Source: Neoechinorhynchus agilis (Eukaryota > Animalia > Acanthocephala). Taken from it: DNA of 64,000 nt. Below, one piece after another: positions 1 through 11,732 of the stretch. Both the position numbers and the translations under genes were made by a program. The notes below the pieces were generated by a model. The model made no database searches, had not been told where the DNA came from, and saw only the letters and a program-made list of their open reading frames with translations. The first letter of the stretch is position 1. Each line of letters starts with the position of its first letter. The stretch is taken from the NCBI GenBank assembly GCA_051530055.1, contig CM121341.1:18578784-18642783 (forward strand), read 5' to 3'.

Positions 1-119
1 ATAAATGACTTAATCGAGATGAATATTGTCAGGAAAATTTTTGTCCCCAAAGTTAAATCAAAAATTATTACCCCTTCTCACATATGGATGATCGCCATAC
101 AAAATCCAATAATTTCCTT

Positions 120-210
120 CTTCATATCTCGCTCGCAGTACAACGAGGCAATGCTGCTAGGGGCCGAGGAAGGAGAGAAGCTAAGATTTTGCGGACGGTG
201 GTGATTGCAT
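120..210 (+). mobile_element. 3' tail of CRE-like non-LTR element
   Basis: Closely matches 39260-39356 (end of the CRE copy), including ...gccgaggaaggagagaagctaagattt.gcggacggtggtgattgca. Confidence 0.65.
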
Positions 211-218
211 AGTTAATA

Positions 219-1490
219 TTGGAATGTATCAAAGCATCGAATATAAAAATGGAAAAGCATTCCACACTAATCAGCTTTCTGGAAAGCAACAAAATTATTC
301 CCCGGTCTTTTCATGGCTTCATTTCGGGTCGTGGTGTTCACTCTTTTTTTACAGAATTGCACTTCCTTAATGAAAAATACGTGAATGTAAATAAATTTTT
401 AATTCAACTGGATTTGAATAAAGCATTCGACTGAATCGATAGACGACTATTGGATAAAGTGCTCTATTTTTTATAGTTCCAATGAATCTAATTTATAAAA
501 TAAATAATCTTATGGAAACAAAATCTGTTTATTATGGCATAGACCCTGGCCGTACTCGTTTTTTTCTCTAAATACGGTGTACCACCGCTCCACTGTCCCC
601 TACTCTGTTTCTAATTGTAATTATATATATTTTAAGAATATTGTGGCTAAATTAAAATCGGTCTACCTCCCTAATTTACGCAGATGACATTTTTATCTTT
701 TGTAAACACAAAAGTAGGACTTTCCTCTTAAATCATATAGATTCCTTTTTAATGAGGTTACAGAATGGCCTCAAGGAAGGTAATTTAGTCGTTAATCCAT
801 CAAAAACAGTTATCCTACCACTTACTAAATCTTACTCCTCTAGTGCTCAATTGAAAAAAGATCTAGCTGCGCATTCAACATTTTCAGCTTTTTTAGTCAA
901 GAAAAAACCGAATACTTGGCATACATTTTCCATCAAATAGGCAACGTCTTTTGATTAATTCCTCGCTCTCTGGAATATTTTATAAAGCAAGAAATCTCTT
1001 GAATCGTATGCTTTGCCTTGAGCTCACTACTAATTATATTTATAGAATTTTAATTACGCTTTTAGGAGGTTCATTGTGCTTCTTTGCAAGGGGGCGTAAT
1101 CCTGAATTTCGATTGGCCTTTTTTCAATTATTTTATTAAAAAACTGAAGAACATTTTAAAAAAGTCATCGTTCCCAAATCGAAGTCTCCTCTCTGTCTTA
1201 CACCTTATTTTTCGACTAAAATCAAGTATTATTCTCCTTATTTTCCAGCCAATATTTTTTGAAAAATGAAATTTATTTAGTCTCCTTAAAAGCGAGGGCA
1301 CTGAATATCAAACCTGATCCTATTCTGATAAAACTTAATCCCTCCAAAAAGCTTGACTTTTATATTTTATTCACTAATTTAAATCAAAAAGACAAACTCG
1401 AAAGTATTGTGCAATTGAATCTTGATTTTAGACTAGTAAGCAGGTTATTTTTTTCTATGGAGGAAAAGGAGGAATCCGGGGGGTACTGAG
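219..1490 (+). mobile_element. Degenerate non-LTR retrotransposon RT
   Basis: Broken frames containing HGFISGRG, LDLNKAFD, YGVP (~575), IYADDI (~675-690) and LVVNPSKT. Confidence 0.65.
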
Positions 1491-1724
1491 ATCTACTCTG
1501 ACTCGAGACTTTTCCTTTCTCTTCCTACTACTAACTTCTATATTTAGATATTTGGACAATGTATACAAATTTATGGATCCTTAAAAGACCTAATTAAAAA
1601 AAATCTACGATATAATACACCCGATAGACTTGATAAATTTTGAAGTTCCCTAAAATATCACATTAAGCTTTTATATTTTTAATTGTTATCTATAAAAAGT
1701 TGAATAATTTTTTGAACTCTATAT

Positions 1725-1990
1725 TCTGTACAATGTGTTGGCGAGAAGGAGAATGCCTTCTCTGGAAAGCCACATTCGTGGACGCACTCGCAGCCAGCAA
1801 CGGCCACTGAGGACGACACGAATTACAAAATACAGCGACCTGGGTCGAAATAATTATTTCGTTCCCTTTGGTGCCGAGACACTCGGGTCCTTTGGTACCG
1901 CGGCGCAGGACTTGATCAACAATTGTCTAAGATACTAAGACCAATCCCTGGCGATTCGAGATCAGAAGCATTCCAACCTTTCAGTGTTTC
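1725..1990 (+). mobile_element. CRE-like RLE 3' fragment
   Basis: KYSDLGRNNYFVPFGAETLGSFGTAAQDL, same family as 8600-8800 and 42380-42480. Confidence 0.75.
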
Positions 1991-3249
1991 TTATTTAAAA
2001 AATTCATGCCTATCCACTCGACTATAACAACCCAATACTGACACTGAACTTTCATTGAGTGATCTAAACCGAAAATCGATTTCTTATGAATGATCGATTA
2101 AATTTTGTTGAGCTACGTAAGAAGAAATAACGACTTTAATAAGTATTTAAAATTAGCTATTATGCTGTGGCACGATGCACCAATACTTGATATATTTTAT
2201 TATAAAGATCTGGAGTAAAAAAGTAATTAAAACTGTAATCATAACGATCATTTTCGATGATAATTGTACGGCACCTTCAATAAATGGTTTTAAAATAGAA
2301 TGCAGAAATTAGCATGTAAAAAATGACTTGTTGTGGTACGTGCCAATTCTTGTAATAGATTCCGTTCAGCGTTCGGTTTTGAATTTTGTAACATCAATCG
2401 ATTTCAACATTACGCCAAAGCAATGCAAAATAATTTATGAACACAAAGTTTCCGCGAATTTCAATTGCTTTCCAGTACATTTATTTAAAAAACAAAACTC
2501 GTGCCAAAAGTAGACGAATGAATGATTTCTAAATACAATACAGAAACAACAAAATTAGTAAACATGTATAATCGACAAAACCTTCTCAATATCAAGAGGA
2601 AACTCATAATATTGAACGGGTATCACAATCTTCTACTGAGTGTATAATTTTGATGAGCAAAAGTCAATAAAGAAAAAGAGGAGTCTCTCAAAGCATTACA
2701 GGTTTCAGCAAAGATTGCTCAAGACAACCAAAGAAGAAAAGCAAAATTTAGTACTTCAGCCTCTCACATGCAATTGCTGGCGGCTCAACGGGCTGCCGAA
2801 GACGATTTAGTCGAAATGCAAGTAATACTCATGTTTCAAGGCATCTCCGCAAATGAATTACGTGCAAGTCGAAAACGCAGAACAGTCCGCAGACCAAAGC
2901 AGGAAACTTCGGAAAATTGCAACGTCCAAAAAAAGAATAATTTTTATATTAAACAAATTAAGTTCGGCTGATTCAGGATTTATTAGCGATGAACATGGCG
3001 TTTTAAGCGAAGATTTTATTACTCGAGCACAAATATTGAAACTGCCTATACTAATTTGACTTATACTCAAAGGAAAATTCGTTCCCCCCAATGAGGAATC
3101 AAACGCTTCACATTGCGCATCGTTATTTAATAGCAGCGCAATGTTGTGGACGGCAACAGATTTCGAACTAGCGATCGATCGTGATACAACGATGTTAAAC
3201 TTATGGAAGAAATTTAGCTTGTGTTAGTGGTCAAACGCGTGGTTATATA

Positions 3250-4500
3250 AACACGTTTTATTGATTTAGAAAAACGATCAATACACTTGCCAGCACCTAT
3301 CTTTGCTGAAGTTGTCTGGATGTCAGATGTTGAGGCAGGGAGGTGGGATTTGTCTTTGGAGTTTTACAGGAGAATGGCCGATTGGGAGTCTTTCCTTGTT
3401 ATCCGGTTATTAAGGAAAGATTGGACTTGGGGGGAGAAGGATTTTTGGTAGAGGGTGGTACGAGCGAGGGGGGGATGAAAAAGGTTGGGGTTCCGGGTGT
3501 TTACTAGGGACGAGTATTTAGAGATGAAAGAAGAAAATTGTGTAGGGGGTTGAAGAAGACGGAGGACGCTTTGGAGAAAATGGAGTGGAGGTGGGCGTCG
3601 AGGGGAGGGAGTGAAGTCCAGCATATTCTCGCTGCTCCCTTGTGGAAGGTTTTGAGGGAATGGAGAGCATTGGTGGAAAGGGCGACGAAAGTGAGGTAGG
3701 CGTATGTAACGATAGGGAGGATGACAGAGAGATAAAAGTGGGCAAGGTGTTTAGGGGAAACGCCGAGACGCCGGAGGAGTTTGAGGAGGTAAAGACGAGG
3801 GTTTGCTTTAGAGAATGTAAATGAAATTTGGGTATCCCATTTAAGGTTTTCTTGTAAAATCACGCCCAGTATTCGGAGAGAAGAGGAGCGTTGGATGGGG
3901 AGAGGGAGAGCCGCGGGGACAAGGTTGCGTATGAAAATGTGGGGGACAAGCTCAAAAGATTTGGATAAATTTAGGGAGAGGTTTAGGGCGGAGAGCGAGG
4001 AAATGAGATGGTTGAGCTCGTTCATGGTAGTGGAGAGGGAGAGAGACGGAGATGCGATGGTAATGACTGTGAAGTCATCGGCATAGAGAAAATATTTTAT
4101 TAGGGGGGAGTGAGGGGATGGAGGTCATTTAGAAAAATGTTTAAGAGGAGAGGGGAAAGTACGGCGCCTTGGGGGACCCCTTTAAATATGGGCAGAGAGT
4201 AGGAGCAAGAAGTTCCGCATTGAATATATTGTTCGCGGTTGGAGAGGAAAGAGGAAATCCAAGCGAGTTGCCAGGTTGGGAGGCCAAAGGAAGCACATGC
4301 TTGGAGGAGAAGGGAGTGATCAACCGACTCAAACGCCCTGGAAATATCCAGTTGCACGAGACGGACGGTTGATTCTGGATTGGAATCTAGGCTGCGCACA
4401 AGCGTATCGTAGATGCAGAGGAGGGCATCAGAACAAGAGCAATTGGGACGGAAAGCGAATTGGGAAGGGGAGATGTTACTTTGCGCAAGTTAAAAGCGAT
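3250..4500 (-). mobile_element. CR1/L2-like non-LTR element, 3' RT half
   Basis: LDISRAFESVDH, GVPQGAVLSP, (Y)ADD, RILGVILQENLKW; reverse-complement match to 22735-23960. Confidence 0.85.
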
Positions 4501-5039
4501 GACTAATCGTCGTCGTAGAGAATCACATCCAAGGGATTCCCAGAGAAGCAAGGAATAGAAGGATGGAGTCTCCGCGTGAACAAAGGACTGTCTGCAGAAA
4601 CCAGTCCCAAGAGAACTTCGATTCCAGTTTCTGCCACATAGCACCGCTGTGGGAGACGGCCATGGATCCACCGGAACCTGCAACGGGCTGCCGAACACTC
4701 TGTCCGTCGAGCGTCGCCTTTACAGCTAGCCCGTATGGCATTGCCTTCTTCCGCTTTCTCTGCCGTGTTTAAGGAGTTTGTCCTAACACGCCAGATCCAC
4801 CGTTGAGGTCTTCACGTGCGTCCATCGGCAACAGGAATCGCTAGTGCGTTGTTACCGCCTTGCTTTTAACCTGTGTTTGCCTCCCCACGACGATGAGGTC
4901 ATTCCCAGAGGAATGGAGTCAGGCAGACTCTGGTCGACTCCGGCTTCGGGGAGGTGACTAATGGATAGATTTGGTAACTCACACTTTAAAATATCGAAAA
5001 GTGACTTATTGTATGTTTTGGAATACATAACCGTTTTAA

Positions 5040-5350
5040 TTTTTAAAAGTTGACTAAAGAGTGTAAATTACTGCGTCCATGGACCTTAAGAACTCCTGTT
5101 TTCGCCATGGAGGAAACTCCACCACAAACGTCACAAAATCCTGTTGAGGATCTCGGTCGTGTGGTATCCTTGGCTGATAAAATCGGAAGTGTAGCATTGA
5201 TGATGTTCTCTTCACTTGGCTGGCTTGGGATGGGTGAAGTTTCCATTTTCATATCGTTACCCAGCATTCAGCTTTCGAACCTCGAGTCGGTCGCGGTGAC
5301 GTCGATTGTGCTAACATCGGTGTCATTGATCCTCAATCAAACCTACTTCA
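5040..5350 (-). mobile_element. CRE-like element 5' remnant (N-terminal zinc finger)
   Basis: FCDVCGGVSSMAKTGVLKVHG; homologous to 40080-40200 and to CPVC...THG..C at 31110-31200. Confidence 0.6.
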
Positions 5351-5382
5351 TTGAACGATAAGTTGATAGTCCTTCCAAAATC

Positions 5383-5456
5383 GGCCGAGTAGCTCAGTCG
5401 GTTAGAGCGTCACGCTAATAACGTGAATGTCGTGGGTTCGAGCCCCACCTTGGCCA
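5383..5456 (+). tRNA. tRNA-Ile (anticodon AAT)
   Basis: Complete cloverleaf: acceptor GGCCGAG/CTTGGCC, D stem GCTC/GAGC, anticodon arm TCACG-CTAATAA-CGTGA, T arm GTGGG-TTCGAGC-CCCAC. Confidence 0.97.
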
Positions 5457-5814
5457 GAGCGGATTCCGACCTTAATCATCATCGGGGCAAAATCAAAGCG
5501 GGAGATCAGCACGGTGGGATTTTGGCTGCGTTGTGCAATTCAACAATCAATCTCCACTTGCGAATTGATTCGGAGGAAAGAAGGAAAGCAGCATTGCTAA
5601 TGCGCCGCGCACCTCAACAGAAATATATATACATCCGGTCGAGAAAATCGGCTGACAAATGCAACAAAAGATCAATCGATATTGGAAATTCAGTCCGGTT
5701 TCATCGGAGGATAGATCGCAAATATATTGTTTTCTTTTTTTAAAGATGCAACAATATCAATAATTATTAAGTTATTTTTTTAATTCAAATTTCACCATGC
5801 ATTTATTTCAGGTG

Positions 5815-6035
5815 CCTTTTATTAACTTTTCTTTACATTCACCACCTCCCACCAAATTCCAGCTTTTGTCCTTCCTCGACCGTTGCCATCACGCTGGCAG
5901 CATTGCCCCGTTGTACTGCCAGCGAGATATTTTGTCGAAGAAATAAGCCTGCTCTTGAGTCTCCGGTTGCCTCTCTCAATTTCTTCGAGAGATCCTTGAG
6001 CAGAGAGAGTGCCGAGCTGCCGAGCGCTCCATAAA
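5815..6035 (-). mobile_element. CRE-like 3' end (inverted copy)
   Basis: Reverse complement encodes ...ATGDSRAGLFLRQNISLAVQRGNAASV; inverse of 6383-6510. Confidence 0.75.
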
Positions 6036-6382
6036 TCTTTTAGTTTTCATTATATCCCTCATTCCGCGCCACTCCATTGGCTGTTGTTATCACGCTTTAT
6101 ATTGTTAAGTTGCTCAAGTTCGGAAGATGCAATGTAGATGTCGAATTGAAAATATATCCAGTCAGATGCTCAAAGACTTAAAGATTCCTTATGTTCTGCC
6201 ATCTTCAAGAGTTGGGTAATTATGATTTTTTACCACTAGAACAGGAAACGCGATTCATACCCATCAAATATTTATTCCGGGAGGAATCTTCTTTTGCTTA
6301 AGCGATTCTCTGCTCAAAACCGTTGGATGCTGCCGATATAATTTGTTTAGAAACACGTTATAAGAATTTAATTTAGTCATTC

Positions 6383-6510
6383 GTATGGAGCGCTCGGCAG
6401 CTCGGCACTCTCTCTGCTCCAGGATCTCTCGAAGAAATTGAGAGAGGCAACCGGAGACTCAAGAGCAGGCGTATTCCTTCGACAAAATATCTCGCTGGCA
6501 GTACAACGAG
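6383..6510 (+). mobile_element. CRE-like 3' fragment
   Basis: YGALGSSALSLLQDLSKKLREATGDSRAGVFLRQNISLAVQR. Confidence 0.75.
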
Positions 6511-6789
6511 GCCCCCCGTGATCTTACGGATGAGGTGAATTTTTCTAGGAACATACTCATATGGATTATTAACGAGATAAATAACTGAAGGACAAACAAT
6601 TATTTCCAGGCTCAACCTTTTCCCAAATCAAAGACAGTCTTGAGGCCATTCAAGAAATCACAATATCCACTTCATTTGATAGAGGAAAGTGAAAATTATA
6701 TCGGAGAATGAATCTTCGGGGCTTGTTCCGGGAATCACCGCCTTTTTATCATAGATTTGCTAATCGTGGTGTAAGCTCCTCGTTAATGA

Positions 6790-8870
6790 ATTTTCACTAT
6801 ATGAATCAAAAATGAATGTACATAAATTACAAATTCATTTGGACATAAATAAAGCGTTCAGGTGCGATATTTCGGCACAATTTTCTACCTTTATCAAGTT
6901 TTTTTGTGAGTTGATTCCTAAAGCAATTGAGCTATTTTTCGGCGCATCTTTGTGTGCCTTCGCGATAAAAAAAGGTGGGATTCGTTCCATTGCAATTGGA
7001 ATACTTCTGTGCCGCTTAAAAGCAAACATTTTAAAAAAAGGATCGCGGAAAAGTAGGGATGTTGCTTCGCCCTACTTAGTTATGCTGCTTCGCCCTACTC
7101 AGTTATGCTGCTTCATTCACGCTGCACGGTTATCACCGGAAACTCAAAGCCGTGCATGATCTTGAAATGTGGTTTTAAAAATGCATTTAACACAGTTAAC
7201 CGAGCAGATTTGCTCGAAGTAGTTAGAGATCGCGCACCAGAAGCATTTCGCTATTTCGTTAATGCATATGGGACTTCAACTCCCTTGTTGTTCAATAACC
7301 ACGTTTTGTGGTCAGAAAGAGCAGTTCAACAAGGGGATCCTTTAGGCCCAATAGCCTTCTCACTCGCAGTCAATCCCGTCGCGCACTCTCTCCAGTCCAG
7401 CTTTAACGGCTGGTACCTGAATGATGCTAAGCTCGGAGGTAACTTCTCTGTAGTACTGCACGATTTGGAGACACTTGTGAAGGAGACGGCGAAAATTGGT
7501 TGCGAAATGCGAGATTTTAGTGATGAAGGTGGAAGATGCGGCGTCCAGGCAAACTATCGTGGAAGATTTTCAGAAGCTGGCTCCCGAAATAGAATGGATC
7601 ACTCTAGACCAGTTGAGTCTTCTAGGAAGTTGCATTTTTGGTTATAATGTTGAAGCAGAGATTGCCAATCTTCAACCGCAACTTTCGGTGCTGTGCGAAC
7701 GAGTTGATGAATTTTCTTCAAACGAGGCTCTGTTCCTTATCAAGAACGCCCTCTTTATTCCAAAATTGCTGTATAAGCTACGCACAGCACCTTTTTTAGA
7801 CATAGGGATAAGCTGGCAGAATTAGACGAGACGGTAAAAACCTCTCTCGAGAAAATTTTAAATACTCAGCCGTCGGACGAGGCCTGGCGTCAAGCGTCCT
7901 TTACTGCGTCTGCTGGCGGTTTGGGTATCCGAAAAGCAGCCGATATTTCTCTGCCAGCTTATTTGAGATCGTATGAGCCGCAATATAGTTCAATCCGATT
8001 TTGGCGAGAATTACACTTTGGATGAAGATTTCGTGGAGGCTCTTAACCTTTGGTGTGGATATTCAGGCAGCGAGCAGGTCCCCGTCAATGGTTCCCAAGA
8101 ATCAGTTTGGGACTCACCCCTGGTAACGAAAATTCATAACTCTTTAATTTCAGATTCTCGTGACCTGGTGAACCGAACTCGATTGGCGGCAGTCTCCACA
8201 AGAGAATTGGGTGCTTGGCTCAACGTTTGCCCAATCGCTTCTGTGGGCATGCTTCCCGCTGATGAGACAGTAAGGATTGCAATGTTCCTGAGACTTGGGG
8301 TATCGATGTTCACATTCCATCGCTGCGTTGCGGAGCGACCATGGAACTATCGGGACGCCATGGTCTCGTCTGTCGGCAATCAGGCGGAAGGTACTCATAA
8401 CACGCCGAAATGAACGCGATTCTAAGTCATTCCCTGAATACTGTGAATGCGCCCAAAATCCAAGAGCCGGGCAATCTTTGCCGACTCAATGGCTGTAGAC
8501 CGGACGGTGTCACAGCATTCCCGTGGCGAGGGGAGGAAAATGCCTTCTCTGGGACGCCATTCCCAGCCAGCAACATAAAATTCGCCGCTGTTAAACCAGA
8601 AGGAGCAGCAACCGCCGCTGAGGAACGCAAAAAAACAAAATACAGGGACCTGGGTCGATATCGATATTTCGTTCCCTTTGGCGTCGCGACACTCGGGTCG
8701 TTTGGTACCGCGGCGCAGGACTTGGTCAAGCAATTGTCTAAAAGATTGAGACGAATCACTGCCGATCCGAGATCAAGAGTATTCCTCCTACAAAACATAA
8801 GTCTGGCTGTGCGACGGGGGAACGTGGAAGGCAGCCGAGTGATCCAGAGCGGTGGTATGAATGATTTCTG
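6790..8870 (+). mobile_element. Decayed CRE-clade non-LTR retrotransposon (RT + RLE)
   Basis: KKGGIRSIAIG, KCGFKNAFN, VQQGDPLGP, WYLND, GAWL...RLG, EP..LCRLNGCRPDG, KY.DL...FVPFG; multiple frameshifts. Confidence 0.85.
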
Positions 8871-9947
8871 CTCCGAGATTCTGAAGGTAATAAATTATTT
8901 AGTTAAAAAATAATTAAATTAAGTATTTGACGGAATATTACATTGAGTTCAGGAAGCTTTCTTTAAGGCTTCACATGCATCAGAATCCTAAGGATTCAAT
9001 TTTAAGATAAAACATAAAAGATGAAGGAATATCGGGTATTTATTCGAAGAAAATAAAGTAGTTAAACCACAACACTCCGACACGCAGTGCATTCTTACCC
9101 TTTGAGTTTTTCACAAAGAAAATCCGCGAAGCCAATTTTATGACCGTTGACAGAGCGTGTGAATAGGAAATGTATATGGCCGGTAATACTTTCTCATGAA
9201 CGCAAGCAACAATTATTAAACAACAATTGTAGAAATCAGTGTGGCAGCATCCGCCCCCACAAAGCGCCGACCAAAAGCGGCACCATGTTAAATCTTAAAT
9301 TAGAATTCTCCTGCGAATCGAAAATGTCCCATAGCGCAGCAACCGTGTGCAAGCGTCAAACTTTCAGTCTTAATGAAGGAAAGCGAAAAACAAATTTCTT
9401 AAAGAATTAAGCGCAATAGAACTTTCAAATTTGACCTAAAACATTTAATCGTCTGATTTCAAGCTCTTTTACTGCCATCAAAGACGGCAACTGATATTAA
9501 ACGAGATCATAATCACGAGATTTTTTCCTTTCTCGACGGGTGGCCCTCGGAACCACCAAAGTATTTAAAGTCTTTATCGCGCTTTGGCGTAAAGCCAAAG
9601 CTTACTGTTCGAAATTAGAGAATCTTAAATCTCGGGTTATGAAACGAAGGTGGTATCCTGCATTTGACACCTCCTTTTTGCTCCGTAACGAAAAACTACA
9701 TGATAAAAGACCATTTCGGCAAATATCATAGCGCGAGTGGAAATTACGGAAGCGGATTTGCGTCTTTGGGATCAAAAATCAAAATAACACAATTTTTCGA
9801 TTTATTTCGACTTCGAATGCACAGTCAAATTATCAGACTAAATGCATCCACAAATTCTATTCTCATAATGAACAATTTTTTTAGAGATTTCAGGACAAAC
9901 GCAACAAAAATAGAATTAAAGTTCTTTACTGAAATGGCAACTGAAAA

Positions 9948-10121
9948 TCATTTAATTTCCGGTTCATTATATTTGTTCCCATAGAATGGAATGCCTTTTG
10001 ATATTTCCATGATGTCCGTTAGATAAATGGCAAAGAGACCAGCAGTTGCTCCGTAAGTGAACATCGAAAAACGGTGATTCCTTAGAAAAGCCGAACTTTT
10101 CTTAGCCAAAGCTACCAGCAT
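9948..10121 (-). CDS. UQCR11: Cytochrome b-c1 complex subunit 10-like (57 aa from the internal ATG)
   Basis: SMFTYGATAGLFAIYLTDIMEISKGIPFYGNKY resembles the QCR10 pattern T(W/Y)GA..G.....TD......(V/I)P(Y/F)...K(F/Y), and the size is typical. Confidence 0.65.
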   Translation of the reverse strand: MLVALAKKSSAFLRNHRFSMFTYGATAGLFAIYLTDIMEISKGIPFYGNKYNEPEIK

Positions 10122-11444
10122 TTCCGAAAAATTATTACCGATCGAAGACGAGAGTAAACCAGGATTCGATTTGGCTCGCTTTCTTCCGTATAAAAACGAC
10201 AACAAACGGACGTTTGTCAACATGCGAAAAAATTGTCCCAGTGGTATTTTCGTTTAAAACAATAGTTCCTCACCTGGATTAATTCTGGGTTGCTCATATC
10301 GGCAAAATCCATCAGCATGGTAAATTTTGACTTGTGGTGAAGATAATTCCCGGTTAAAAATCTTGTTCCTTCCGCTCTCTTTCCACAAAATAAATGCCAT
10401 CAAAATCAACGTAAACGTTTTTATAAACAAAAACCATATTTAAAATCTTCACACTGCAATGAATTTTTATTAAAGACATTTCGAACCTCGTTGGGTTCGT
10501 CATTTCTTAGCTGGTACGTCTTTTTGATTAAAATGAAAGCGCCCATCCATAGGTCGTGTAACTTTACTAAGCTTCGAGGACGAATAGTTCCGAGTCTTCA
10601 ACGAAACCAAATAAGTTTGTGTGTTTGTGATTGAATTAAAACCCCCGTTTGGTTAATGCAACAGGTCATATGATTATTCTCATCATTGATGAACAGCGCT
10701 CTTTCGAAGTATACGTGCTCCGCAGACGATTTTTTGTTGGGTGGTCGGCAGTTACAGCTTTTAATTCCGCGGTTGGCTTTGTGGTATTTCGGGTAAACGG
10801 ATATTCGCTGTCATCATGGAGGAAGCGCTGCTCTTGATTGTCTTCGAGATTTTGTGTCGGTGACTGCTGGTTTGTCCAACAGTTCAATTCTCATTTCCAT
10901 TCGATTCCACAGCCGTTTCGTTAGAAAAGGTGGTTCTCGTGTTGTCCATTCGCTGATGCGATGCCGTGAGGGCATTTCTTGACGCGGATTATACACTTTT
11001 ACCGCCTTGGTAACGGCACGATATTGTGCCGAAACATCGGATTTAATAAATTCCTTAGTTGTCGTCGCACTTTGGATTCTTGTCCTCAAATCCATGATTA
11101 TCGGGAGGAATGATTTATTTGATCAGTTGTATGGGTGATTTTTAACTCAATTTTTTATTTGATGAGTATCATCTTAATAGTCGTTCTAACGATTGAGTAA
11201 CAAAATTTGATGCTTTGCTTATTTATCCCACATAAACATGAATTCTAAAATGCTTGTGCCACATTTTAACGAATAAATTTCCCAGTTTTTTACCGGTCAT
11301 TGTAATCGATATAAATAATAAATAGACAGTCTTAGAAGCTTGACCATCTTTTCGTGCAGAGGATGTCTTGTCTTCTTCAACGAATTAAAAATTGAAGCTT
11401 TATTGTAATGAGCACATCGCTGACAAAAAAACAGAAATAGGAGT

Positions 11445-11590
11445 AGACTGATACGAATCACTGGCGATCAGAGAGCAGGAGCATTCCTCCTACAAAACAT
11501 AAGTCTGGCAGTGTAACGGGGAAACGCTGCATCCATCCTTTTGACCGTTACACCAGGACGGCAGCTGAGTGATCCAGAGCGGTGGTGTAA
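11445..11590 (+). mobile_element. CRE-like 3' tail fragment
   Basis: Matches 8750-8860 and 42485-42620 (ITGD.RA..FLLQNISLAV; ...gtgatccagagcggtggt). Confidence 0.7.
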
Positions 11591-11732
11591 AAGATTACAT
11601 GACATTTGCGATATGTATCATAGTTCTAAAAACAATCAATATTTCGTGAATGTTCCATAACGATAAAATCAAAGTTTAGATCGAAGAATACTACAATCTG
11701 GATGTAAGAGCTCATTTTTCAATATTTCAGAT

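Noticed and set aside
2520-3060. Coiled-coil-like ORF pieces
   Set aside because: No recognisable family and no defensible exon structure.
4510-4960. GC-richer block, possibly another RLE element end
   Set aside because: No unambiguous motif could be read; left unannotated.
7068-7115. Short ~23-bp tandem repeat
   Set aside because: A local duplication within a decayed CRE; not a CRISPR array (no spacers).
10666-11095. Minus-strand ORFs with faint resemblance to NDUFA7
   Set aside because: Similarity is limited to a few residues in two different frames; not supportable.
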